NCBI GenBank assembly: GCA_045863295.1
Contig: BTWA01000026.1
Location: 1-64,000 of the forward strand
Direction: 5' to 3'
Length of the DNA stretch: 64,000 nt
DNA from: Candidatus Hydrogenedentota bacterium
GTDB taxonomy: Bacteria > Hydrogenedentota > Hydrogenedentia > Hydrogenedentales > SLHB01
Part shown: piece by piece, positions 10,401 to 19,053 of the stretch
How the letters are laid out: every line of letters begins with the position of its first letter
How positions within the stretch are numbered: the stretch's first letter is position 1
The notes under the pieces: generated by a model
What the model saw: only the letters and a program-made list of their open reading frames with translations
Database searches by the model: none
What the model was told of the DNA's origin: nothing
Position numbers and translations under genes: made by a program

Positions 10401-11645
10401 ATCAGCCATTTCGAATAGGTCCAGGCGGCCATTGTGCTTTATTACAGCCAGCCTGCACCCATCGGGGGAAAGTGCGGCAGTCACTCTTTGGCCCCGACCC
10501 TCGCTCGCGCAGAAAACGCTCGCCGGAGATAGATCCTGTGCATGCCAGAGTTTGGCAGATCCATTTCCGCCTCCGCTCCAGACAAGAGAGCCGTTGGGTG
10601 AGAAGCCGACTGCGTTTATAGCTGATCCGACATCCACAACAGTCCGTTGAGTGCCTTCCGGAGAGGTAACGCTCAAATATACTGTGTGCGCTTCGCGCTC
10701 GCAGATTTTTTCCCACGCGTCTCCACGCTTATCGAGCACAATCAGCTTGCCGTTATTGCACCCGCAGATGATGCGCGAACCGGTGGGATGACACGCAATG
10801 CTGACCGCAAAGCAATGCGTAAACGAACCGGTGAAACCGTATAGGAATGTATCCGACAGCGGACCTATCGAGACTTGGCTGATCCGGCGCCAATCGTCGA
10901 TGGACCATTCGGTAACCGACGCTCCCGCCGAAAGCAACACGGGAGCATTGGGGCGTAGACATAGGCTTGTACAACTTCCCTTTGCGTCCAGCGTGCGTAA
11001 GCACGCACCGGAGACGACATCGTAGACGCGTATCGTTTCGTCCCCGCATCCGACAGCGCTCGACCGCCCGTCTGGCAGAAAAACTAGGCATTCAGGGCAT
11101 GCATCGCTCAGCACGATGGTCGTGAGCGCGGCGCAATCCGCAACGTCAATTATGCGTACGGTACCTGTTTTAGCCGTCCTGTTCGCGGAACAGACAGCGC
11201 ATCGGGTGCTATCGGGTGAGAAAGTCAGTGCCGTGACATACCCAGACAGACGGAACGTCCCAAGTGCTCCCGTGCCAAGATGCGTTACCGGCGGATACAG
11301 GCTTCGAATCCAGAGAAGCGGATACTCCTCGTGGTGACGGGCACGCCACGCGCGCCAGCTCCCGAGCAATTCCGACAGCCGGTGACCAGACGCCTGCCAA
11401 GGTAAAGGCAGCATGGTTGGCGGCCACCCCCCGTCCGGTTCCCGGTAGAAAAACGCCGCGTCAGGACAGTCGTACCACCAACAGAGGTTCCACATACACT
11501 GAAAAAGCGTCGTCGGGTGCCGCTCAACGAAATGAATATCCCGGCGAATGGCTTCTTCGAAAAGTTCCAGCGCGCCACGCTTGGGGTGATCGCGCGGAAT
11601 CGTAGCGATCGCGTCGGTGTAATCGCGCGCGAGTTCGAAGATCAT
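7491..11645 (-). CDS. WD40-repeat protein, cassette 2 (two helical-module + WD40 blocks)
   Basis: 1384 aa with many GH...WD repeats in the C-terminal half and degenerate repeats in the N-terminal half. First 63 aa are 52/63 identical to the 11825-15115 product. Confidence 0.9.
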   Translation of the reverse strand: MIFELARDYTDAIATIPRDHPKRGALELFEEAIRRDIHFVERHPTTLFQCMWNLCWWYDCPDAAFFYREPDGGWPPTMLPLPWQASGHRLSELLGSWRAWRARHHEEYPLLWIRSLYPPVTHLGTGALGTFRLSGYVTALTFSPDSTRCAVCSANRTAKTGTVRIIDVADCAALTTIVLSDACPECLVFLPDGRSSAVGCGDETIRVYDVVSGACLRTLDAKGSCTSLCLRPNAPVLLSAGASVTEWSIDDWRRISQVSIGPLSDTFLYGFTGSFTHCFAVSIACHPTGSRIICGCNNGKLIVLDKRGDAWEKICEREAHTVYLSVTSPEGTQRTVVDVGSAINAVGFSPNGSLVWSGGGNGSAKLWHAQDLSPASVFCASEGRGQRVTAALSPDGCRLAVIKHNGRLDLFEMADGRPAGFVTAHEGSGLQVKWSPNGSLIGTAGMEGIRLWNAKGMYCQRTPRVYEGEPAGEITILPDGTTTSAPWNDEEWMATCNPELPPLNPSIGRFGLDSELNEAVLKIEPAMKAAAWFRVPLRYVTPHPNASVFAATGKRSSYVYCAAVEMTARGGEEPVPAEKNLEPVAPDRHAAMQGRFTWMREVQEVPVSREVRRKPVGRPVGQVPPIGGVRVGTFASMRPRQSGESAHFSPAPPRLEADSGIAESIDVVQRDRSISALTRFEYHFAQIQSGGNRAAYAVKAEFERTAAALERKDPAFQEWYRFYFQNSHLWQRVSVSSPEICFLQTAYAYAQQGAVARSVEAWLAKHGPERPWLRSLQRPLDPIPHPCMMTLEGHSGSVHDVAFLEGGRKALSASGYEHPPAGKHYALKVWDLTTGECLRTMEGHKGEIKCLAVLPDELHAFSGSQDKTIKLWDLRAGTCLRTYEGHEGGVTAVVSLPAGRFLSGSSDKTLKMWDVQTGECLGTFGHEKLGAVYSAATFMSGRRVVSVHERGILVANLETGSCDRSFNSRVRYVSVSHDGCVAVFGGDGPRNLHVMDLVAGVERITLDGHRGQLFSVALLPDNRHAVTGSGNEGIIKLWDLKNGKCLRDFGRHQGCIYALSPLRNGRRLLSSGSDRVIKMWDLDVPSEDKGEAHFQEVTSLAVSLDGGTLLSGSVEGTLKLWDTSSGACRQTISGNHSIWSLALLPDGLRAVSAGPIAPSSVKLWDLGSGDGLQMIKGFDIGAIAVIGGGRQVVTGSRIPGRNVGPIYVWDLTTQVRSRTLSGHTGLVDALAAFNNDRQLVSSGEDGQIIVWDLEKGTRLLTMTGHKAWVRSVAVYGDGHRACSGSEDKTVRLWDLNTGVCMRTLPGHHGAVWEVAVLADGRRAVSVSEDCTLRLWDLESGECLAMWVNSTPMTSCAVFGSRIYAGTEAGEVHFLELAPSGPWRR

Positions 11646-11824
11646 GGCAGTTCAATGCATTTTGAGAGAGAAGATGTATGAATTGAGTCTCTCGGCGTCA
11701 TAGCGATCTTCCGGGTTGCTGCACCGTGCATAGCCAGATAACTTTCGCGAGACACAAAGTGTGCATCAGCATATCCGAACAACTTGAGATCTGTCACGCC
11801 CCAGTTGACGGCAGACAGATCAAC

Positions 11825-14800
11825 CTACTTCTCACCTCCGTCATGCCCTTTGGGTCCCTCCAAGCGAAACAGGAGCAAGTGCTCCGCAGAAGAACCGGCC
11901 CACGTCCAGCGAGCCGACGAGACGGTCACATGTTGCAACGAAGCTGGAAACCATGCGCAATCGAGTAGAGATTCTGCGCAAAGCACGGCAGTCGTATATC
12001 CTTGTGTAAACGTTAACCAGCGATATCCTGCCGCGGCGTGGGACACTGATGTCGTATCTCTCACATTCTCGATTCTACGTATACACTCGCCCGATTTGGC
12101 ATCCCAAAAATGAATATCAAACCAGCGTCCTGTCCCCGTCCTCCTGTGAGAAGCAGAAATGACGCGCTGGTCGTCTATCATGAAAGCTACATCTAGCACG
12201 TGGCTTCTGTGCCCTCGCAAGACCATCAATTCCATTCCGGTGTCTAAATTCCAAACTCTTGCAGTCTCATCCATTGACCCTGATACAACATGATTACCAC
12301 TGTGCGAAAATGCGGTCGAGGTGACATCCGAATCATGACCGCGCAGTACGACAAGTTCTCGACCGGAATCCAAGTCCCAGATTCGAACGGTACCGTCACG
12401 CGATGCCGAGCCAATTCGGCGCGTATCCGGCGAGAGTGCAATACTATGTACCCACTTGGTGTGCCCACAAAGAACCGCGAGGTCATCCAGTAAGTAGCCA
12501 TCCGAAACATGAATATTATGGGTGGGCGAATCATACGCGATTATGCGTGAATTTGGGGAGAATGCAACACTATTCGGCGGGCTCGGATCTCCGGTTTCCA
12601 ACGTGTTCAATGCTCTATCTGAGTTTGCATCCCAAATCTTGATAGTCCCACCATATGAACTTGATGCAATAAACTTTCCGTCCGGGGAGAAGGCAACATA
12701 CTTTATGGCGTATTGATGCCCCCTGAGTGTCTGTAGCAATACCCCCGTGTCTCTATCCCAGAGTATGATGTTGTTGTCGGCTGCGCCAGAGGCGATACGT
12801 CGCCCATCTGGCGAGAATGCGGCCGGGCTTGATCCTTGGTTACCGCAAACGGTCCTTAGCTCAATCTTGTTCTGAACGTCCCATAGGTGGACGTAATTGT
12901 AGTCACCCGAGACGATGTAGTTGCCATCCGGTGAAAACGCCACGTGCGTGACGAGCCATTCGTTCGCTTGCAGTGTATAGATTCTGGCTCCCGAGCGTAC
13001 ATCCCACACCTGGATAGAGCCATCGAATAAGCCGACGGCTATGCACTTTCCATCAGGCGAAAAGGCCACGTCGGTATACTTGTTCGGCCCGCGAAACACG
13101 CGAAGTTCGTTTTTCGAGTCGACGTCCCACAGGCGGACCGTATTGTCATACGATGCAGAGGCTACGCATTGTCCATTCGGAGAAAACGCGACGCTGGTCA
13201 CAAAGTCCTCATGGCCGCGCAGAACGCCCGTTTGCATACCAGTTCGTATGTCCCAAATCCGTACAGTCTTATCGCCACAGGAAACGATCCGATCACCTTC
13301 CGGAGAGAAACTAACCTGATTAACTTGACTTTCGTGGCCGCGGAGCGCGAGTACCTCCCTCTCCGTTCGCAAGTCATATAGTAGTACTGTTTTGTCTTCA
13401 GATGCGGTCAGGATGCGGAGAGCGTCTGGCGAATACACGAAGGGGCCACACCCGTGTTCAGACCGCACGGTCCTTAGGTTGATTCCCGTCTCAGAATCCC
13501 ACGCTTGCCATGCCGAATTATTTGCCGTAATAATCCGAAATCCGTCGGGTGAGAACTCAAGCTTCTCTGCCGAACTGCTTGGTAGTTTAGTCAGGGTCTC
13601 ACCGCTGGCGATGTCCGTAACTAAGGCCCCATCTCTAGAACAGGATACGACTCGCTGTCCGTTAGGGGAGAAAGCGACGTTTGCAACGGGAGATTCGTGG
13701 GCTTTTACGACGCGAGTTAGCGTTCCCGTCTGTGCATTCCACAGGCACATTGTGTTGTCTCTAGAACCAGAGGCCACGCAGTCGCCTTCCGATGAAAATG
13801 CGATGCTTTTTATGTCAGATCGGTGTTCATTAAGCTCGTCCATTGTGTATAAGACTTGTGTGTCCCACAATATAACAACGCCGTTAGAAGACCCTGAAGC
13901 GATTTGCTTCCCATCAGGGGAAAATGCAGCAGTTTCGACATAATCTGTGTGGCCGCAGAGCAAACCCAACTCGGTGCCAGTATCGGAATCCCAAAGCCGA
14001 AGCGCTTTCATACTACCGGAGGTAGAGGCGCCCCGGTGCGAGCCGAGCGCCAAGGCTAATGGGAGATCCGTCTTAGGAAATCTGAACAACTCTATGTCGG
14101 TGTCGGCGCCTAGATCCCAAAACCGCACAGTACCATCGCCCAGCACGAATACGATACGGAGCGCGTCCGATGTGAACTCCAGTGATATATCTTTCGCGAT
14201 ATCGCCGAAATCTGAGCACGACCTCCCCAAGATGAGTGACCGTTCCCCGTTCCGTGAATCCCACAGCTTTATTTCAGAGCCTCCCATCGACGCGACACTA
14301 TTGCCATAAGGAGAAAACGCCACGCGCTTCACTTCTCCGTTATGATGGTGCAAGACTCGCATCTCTGACCCTGATTCCGCACCCAAGATATGCACTGTGC
14401 CCTCGTCTGTGCCGAATACGACTCGCCCCCCATCGGGTGAGAAGGTTACATTCGACGATGCGAATATGTGTTGCTTAGTAAACAAGGGGATCCCCCCAGC
14501 GACATCCCACACATTCACGGTGCCAAATGTCGAGCGTGAAACGATGCGCCTGCCATCAGGTGAAAATGAGATGCTTTCAAACTCCTCTTCTTCACGACTA
14601 CGCAACACATTCAACTCGGCACACGTGACCGCATCCCAAATGCGAATTGTCATATCTGTAGAGCCGGAGGCTAGCAGTCGTCCGTCCGCTGAATACGCCA
14701 CGCTCAAAACTCTAGACAGCGATTCGTGACCGCACAATATGCCCCTAAGGGAAGAGCCCAAATGCAGTTTCTGTGGCCGCAAAGTGCGAAGCCAATAGAA

Positions 14801-15115
14801 TTTCGGAGTCAAATCCTCCTTTCTGCGGTGCCACAATTCCATAAGTGCATGCAACTTCTGGCCGGAGTGGTTCCAGTGGCGTTGTTCTGTGTCCGGATTC
14901 TTCTCCGGTACGTTGTAGTGATTCTCCGCCTCGGGGCAGTCATACCACCAACAGAGGTTCCACATGCATTGGAAAAGCGTGGTGGGGTGGCAGTCGATGA
15001 AGCGGATGTCGCGGCGTATGGCTTCTTCGAACAGTTCAAGCGTGCGGCGCTTGGGGTGATCGCGCGGGATCGTAGCGAGGGCGTCGCGAAAATCGCGCGC
15101 GAGATCAAAGATCAT
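11825..15115 (-). CDS. WD40-repeat protein, cassette 1
   Basis: 1096 aa with about 20 'GH...V..VAFSPDG..IASGS.D.TVR.WD' repeats. ATG overlaps the upstream NACHT stop (ATGA). Confidence 0.92.
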   Translation of the reverse strand: MIFDLARDFRDALATIPRDHPKRRTLELFEEAIRRDIRFIDCHPTTLFQCMWNLCWWYDCPEAENHYNVPEKNPDTEQRHWNHSGQKLHALMELWHRRKEDLTPKFYWLRTLRPQKLHLGSSLRGILCGHESLSRVLSVAYSADGRLLASGSTDMTIRIWDAVTCAELNVLRSREEEEFESISFSPDGRRIVSRSTFGTVNVWDVAGGIPLFTKQHIFASSNVTFSPDGGRVVFGTDEGTVHILGAESGSEMRVLHHHNGEVKRVAFSPYGNSVASMGGSEIKLWDSRNGERSLILGRSCSDFGDIAKDISLEFTSDALRIVFVLGDGTVRFWDLGADTDIELFRFPKTDLPLALALGSHRGASTSGSMKALRLWDSDTGTELGLLCGHTDYVETAAFSPDGKQIASGSSNGVVILWDTQVLYTMDELNEHRSDIKSIAFSSEGDCVASGSRDNTMCLWNAQTGTLTRVVKAHESPVANVAFSPNGQRVVSCSRDGALVTDIASGETLTKLPSSSAEKLEFSPDGFRIITANNSAWQAWDSETGINLRTVRSEHGCGPFVYSPDALRILTASEDKTVLLYDLRTEREVLALRGHESQVNQVSFSPEGDRIVSCGDKTVRIWDIRTGMQTGVLRGHEDFVTSVAFSPNGQCVASASYDNTVRLWDVDSKNELRVFRGPNKYTDVAFSPDGKCIAVGLFDGSIQVWDVRSGARIYTLQANEWLVTHVAFSPDGNYIVSGDYNYVHLWDVQNKIELRTVCGNQGSSPAAFSPDGRRIASGAADNNIILWDRDTGVLLQTLRGHQYAIKYVAFSPDGKFIASSSYGGTIKIWDANSDRALNTLETGDPSPPNSVAFSPNSRIIAYDSPTHNIHVSDGYLLDDLAVLCGHTKWVHSIALSPDTRRIGSASRDGTVRIWDLDSGRELVVLRGHDSDVTSTAFSHSGNHVVSGSMDETARVWNLDTGMELMVLRGHRSHVLDVAFMIDDQRVISASHRRTGTGRWFDIHFWDAKSGECIRRIENVRDTTSVSHAAAGYRWLTFTQGYTTAVLCAESLLDCAWFPASLQHVTVSSARWTWAGSSAEHLLLFRLEGPKGHDGGEK

Positions 15116-17637
15116 GTATTGGCTCCAACGCTCGCCGACGGTGGTTCATCCGAACTAAGTTCGACAAAGTTCGGATCCGCTTCCGCTTTGGCCTCAAGGA
15201 ACTGCCAATCCAAGAGCAGTTCCGCTACTGCATCCCAATAAGGCGAGTTTGCGTCGTCTTTGCCGCCAATCTTCGCTGCCTCGAGTCGGTGGTACGGAAG
15301 TTCGACCACTTTTCGGACGTTGGCCGGGCGCGGGGTAGGCGGGAGACGTTTCGCCCGGGCGCGTTGGGCATCAAGGGATTCCGCCCAGAAGTCGAGTCCA
15401 GCAAAGTAATCCCCAAGCCGTACATGGGCTGCCAGCAAGGCGGCCTCGTCGGAACCAAAGTAGCGCGCCGCGACGGCTTCGCCCACTTGGCGATGATAGA
15501 AGTTCATGACGACCGTTCCGTCCGCGCGCCGCTGCACCATGTACGGCCGCAGATCGGCGAAAAGCCGTGACCAGATCACAACCGGCAGTTGCTTGATGCG
15601 GTTTTCAGGCTTCTTCTCGCGTTCCGTCGGGGATTGATCACAAAACCAATTCATTACAGAATCATCTTGAGAAAGGATCTCCACCAGTTCGTCTTCCGTC
15701 AGGCCGTTCTTGCTCGCGGCGATGTTACCCAGCGCGCGTTCCACCAACAGCCTTCCATGATGCCGCGGGTCTTCGATCCGGTGAAGCATGTCAACCAGAA
15801 TACCCTCGACGTTCCCCTCCAATCCGGGAACCGTGTCCGATCCGCAGGGCAGACCACTCCAGGATCGCCAGCTCTTGGCCTCCTCGAAGGCTACCTTCAG
15901 GTAAAGGGGCCTGCCATCGACACCAAACTTCTGGAGTATGTCCGTGCGCTGGGCCGCTTGCAGCGTTCGGCCTTCATCCTGCAGCCAGGCATCCAGCAAT
16001 CGCGCCCCATCTTCCCGCGCGAGGCGCCCCACTTCCAAAAGCGATTCAGGCCATATTCGCCGGGCGACATCGAAGGGACCGTAGATCGTGGCCCTGTTGT
16101 CCACCGCTGTCGACGTCTCTCCTTCCAGCACCGAGAGCACGAGCTTAACGCCGGAAGCGAGTTCCCGGGGAAGCCAGTAGAGCATCCGCGCGTTGTCGGT
16201 CGGGTTCAGTTGGTCCAATGCGTCCAGAAAGACAACGGCTGGAGCAGTGGCTGACTGTGTCTCGCCCGGTTGCTCGGAACCGGCCAGGCGCTCCCGGAAT
16301 GCCTTGACGAGGTCGTTCATCTCTGTGGGGGGAGTCTCTATCTCAAGCTGCTCGCACAGACTGCGCAGTAGCGACCTCAAATCGGCAGACCCGGGCGTGG
16401 CCCCGATAAACCGCATGACTGCCTGCTCAGGATTGGTCTTCGTCAGCCATGCCCGCGCCATCAAAGCGGTCTTACCCGAACCGGAGACGCCATGAACCAC
16501 CAGCGGTTTCCGGTCGTCGCGGTCGTTCAAATAGCGTTCGATACGGGCGAGTTCATCGTCCCGTCCTATAAAGTGCAGGCTGCGCTCCTGGCCGAACTCT
16601 TGGTGCGACTCCTTTTCCCGCTCCAACTCGGCCAAGTTCTTATAGGCATCAAGTTCGGAATCGATAATCGCCTTGAGGTCCGCCTCGACGCGATTGCACA
16701 AGGCTGTCAGGTCCGGCTCTTCCTCGATCGTCAGCTTCGGTCGCGGATCCTGGTTGCGGAACGCGACGCGGTCCCACGCTACGGAGTATTCAAAAGCGTT
16801 GTGAACCGGCAACCGCTTCTTCAATTCGGCGCTGAGTTCGTCAAGGTCCGCCTTGTCCATACCCCCATCGACGTAACCGCGCGCCGCACCATCCGCGGGT
16901 GGCTTGTCAATCGTTCGGAAATAGGCATAGACATGCCTGTCCGCATCGAGCGATTCGTGCAAAGCCCCGTGATCGATTTCCTGATGGGTGGCAGACTTCT
17001 CAAACATTTCGTGCATGGGGGTGCCCCGGTCAACTCCAAGTGTGTCCAGAGCCGTGAGCAGCAGTCGGCGCATCTCCGCCTCGATTCGGTGCCAATCCGC
17101 GGATTCATCCTTGCCAATCTGGATCTTGTCATCATCACTGACACCGTCCGGGTAATCGATCGTGCGCGGTTGCAGCACGTATTCGTGTGGCACTGCGTTC
17201 AAGTCCTTCCGGTACCACCCGATGCGTTGTACTGCTCTTCCTGGAATCCAACTCGGCACGTCGCTGTCCGTGGAGATCAGCGCGCGATCCGGCTCCGGAA
17301 CCGCGGCCAGAATGTCCTCGAACTCTTTTGCGGGCACGCGCCAAGGTAAAGGCCGCCAACCGTACCGCTCACCGAGCAGCACGATGAAATTCGGCTTGGG
17401 AGACAACTCCTGGCATCGCTCAAGTTCCTGAATGCAGATGTTCATCGTCTGCTGATCCAGTGACGCCTCGCTGCTGACGCCCCATCGGAGGTCGATGGCT
17501 TGAAAACGGGCGCCCCGCTGCTGGCAGTAGGTGCGCAACGCGGGAAATACTTTTTCCTGCAATGCATTCCGTTCGGCAATCAGGTCACTGAATGTCGAAC
17601 TTACAAAAACCCGGAAAGTCAGGTCCTTCCTTCCCAC
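15112..17637 (-). CDS. DUF4062-NACHT (STAND) protein without C-terminal repeats
   Basis: DUF4062 motifs 'FRVFVSSTFSD...ER', 'IDLRWGV', 'LLGERYGW'. Walker A GVSGSGKT, Walker B VVFLDALDQL, winged-helix 'GLTEDELVEIL...FYHRQ'. Ends 'LLLDWQFLEAKAEA' plus a short tail. GTG start after AAGGGGGT. Confidence 0.9.
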   Translation of the reverse strand: MGRKDLTFRVFVSSTFSDLIAERNALQEKVFPALRTYCQQRGARFQAIDLRWGVSSEASLDQQTMNICIQELERCQELSPKPNFIVLLGERYGWRPLPWRVPAKEFEDILAAVPEPDRALISTDSDVPSWIPGRAVQRIGWYRKDLNAVPHEYVLQPRTIDYPDGVSDDDKIQIGKDESADWHRIEAEMRRLLLTALDTLGVDRGTPMHEMFEKSATHQEIDHGALHESLDADRHVYAYFRTIDKPPADGAARGYVDGGMDKADLDELSAELKKRLPVHNAFEYSVAWDRVAFRNQDPRPKLTIEEEPDLTALCNRVEADLKAIIDSELDAYKNLAELEREKESHQEFGQERSLHFIGRDDELARIERYLNDRDDRKPLVVHGVSGSGKTALMARAWLTKTNPEQAVMRFIGATPGSADLRSLLRSLCEQLEIETPPTEMNDLVKAFRERLAGSEQPGETQSATAPAVVFLDALDQLNPTDNARMLYWLPRELASGVKLVLSVLEGETSTAVDNRATIYGPFDVARRIWPESLLEVGRLAREDGARLLDAWLQDEGRTLQAAQRTDILQKFGVDGRPLYLKVAFEEAKSWRSWSGLPCGSDTVPGLEGNVEGILVDMLHRIEDPRHHGRLLVERALGNIAASKNGLTEDELVEILSQDDSVMNWFCDQSPTEREKKPENRIKQLPVVIWSRLFADLRPYMVQRRADGTVVMNFYHRQVGEAVAARYFGSDEAALLAAHVRLGDYFAGLDFWAESLDAQRARAKRLPPTPRPANVRKVVELPYHRLEAAKIGGKDDANSPYWDAVAELLLDWQFLEAKAEADPNFVELSSDEPPSASVGANT

Positions 17638-17720
17638 AATTCACCCCCTTTGACAATACCGCAGCCCACGTCTAGCGACCAGGACAGCCAGTTGGCCAAT
17701 CATGCGAATGGTGTAATTGA

Positions 17721-18731
17721 CTAAATGCCGTCACCCGGCAGAGCCTGAGACTCAAACCCCACCCCCAGATTAAAGTTGGTTCCAGTCGTGCCCGCACGGA
17801 TCAGTGGAGTGATACCGACGTTGTCTTCCCAGAAATCCTGGGCAACGGAAGTGTCATAGAAGCCGCCGAACGTGAGCACGAAGGCATCGGCTTGGAGGAG
17901 GACTTTCAGCGACGGTTTGTACGCGGCTTCAATGGGCGCGTGTCCCTGGGCGGCGGAATCGACCTCGTTGTACTGGCCTTTGACATCGATGGACAACATG
18001 TCGGTCAAGTCCGCGGGGAAGTGAGCAGGTTGCAGGGGCGGATACCAGTCAAAGTTGAAGCCGTTGGCGACGACCGCGGCGTACTCCATGTCGCCGGTGT
18101 CGCCGGCGCCTCCGCTGAGGAGTGGGACATCGTCCAAGTAGTTCGATGCGATCTTGTACAGATTGAGATCGCCGGTCGTGTTGTCGATTGCGCCGTCCAG
18201 AGCAACTGACATTGAGCCTTCGCCGGCGATTGACTTCGTCGCCCAGTCATACGTGAATGATATGTTGAGGGTCCAGGCGCCGTAGGTGCTGCCGGTGCCC
18301 GAGGAAACGTCGCCCGACAATTTGACTTCGATTCCATCGCTCATCGCATTGATCGAATCCACCGCGCTATGCCCGAGCACGGCGCCCGCCATAAATGGTT
18401 GCGGATACCAAGTTGACCCCCAGCCATCCGGGTCTACACCGGGATGCGGACGAAACGCCACCGCACCGTTGGATACGATTAGCGTCCCAAAATGACGAGG
18501 CGTTCCGTTCTCGACGAGCTTAAGACGGTACTCCAGTCCCGCCCCCGTTTGAAGCGAACTGACCACATAACCGTCTGGTGTGACCGTGCAATCGGTAAAG
18601 CATGCCACCCCGGCCAAGAGGATCAGCGTAAATACCGCAGCAAAAACGCCTCGTTGAAGCCTCCGGAAATCATGGTGGTCTCTGCATGCAATCTGGCCAA
18701 AATCAGATTCTGACTGCTTTCCCATGCCCAA
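17721..18731 (-). CDS. Hypothetical exported or membrane-anchored beta-rich protein
   Basis: 336 aa with a hydrophobic segment near the N-terminus and an acidic Gly/Asp/Thr-rich body. RBS AAGGGGG. No family recognised. Confidence 0.7.
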   Translation of the reverse strand: MGMGKQSESDFGQIACRDHHDFRRLQRGVFAAVFTLILLAGVACFTDCTVTPDGYVVSSLQTGAGLEYRLKLVENGTPRHFGTLIVSNGAVAFRPHPGVDPDGWGSTWYPQPFMAGAVLGHSAVDSINAMSDGIEVKLSGDVSSGTGSTYGAWTLNISFTYDWATKSIAGEGSMSVALDGAIDNTTGDLNLYKIASNYLDDVPLLSGGAGDTGDMEYAAVVANGFNFDWYPPLQPAHFPADLTDMLSIDVKGQYNEVDSAAQGHAPIEAAYKPSLKVLLQADAFVLTFGGFYDTSVAQDFWEDNVGITPLIRAGTTGTNFNLGVGFESQALPGDGI

Positions 18732-19053
18732 TACCCCCTTCCAGCCAGAGACTGGGCTCCATAGAGAACAGACACTATTGCGTCTTGACCCTCAGAGCGC
18801 ACATCTCATTATACCCAATCCTCCTGTCTGCAGTATCAAGCGGAAAACGCCGAAAGTATCTCGCTTACTGAGCGGATAGGTCCTGCCCAGCCTACGCGCG
18901 CTGCGTAGGCTGCACCCAGAAGCGAGAGTGCAATCTGCACTGCGAACAGCGAACTCATGAGTATAGACTCTCCGGAAATTCGCCCCCCACCCACCTTAAT
19001 GTTATTAGCTCCTGCAACGCACCGCAAATCGACGCTTATACGAGGAACACAGG

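Noticed and set aside
7491..15115. Diversity-generating retroelement or near-identical WD40 repeat shuffling
   Set aside because: No reverse transcriptase, no template/variable repeat pair with adenine-specific differences, and the WD40 repeats are mutually divergent.
15112..15180. NACHT/WD40 split as a simple frameshift or sequencing error
   Set aside because: The NACHT has a distinct 21-aa tail and a clean ATGA coupling, and two further cassettes begin at the same residue. Read-level confirmation is still desirable.
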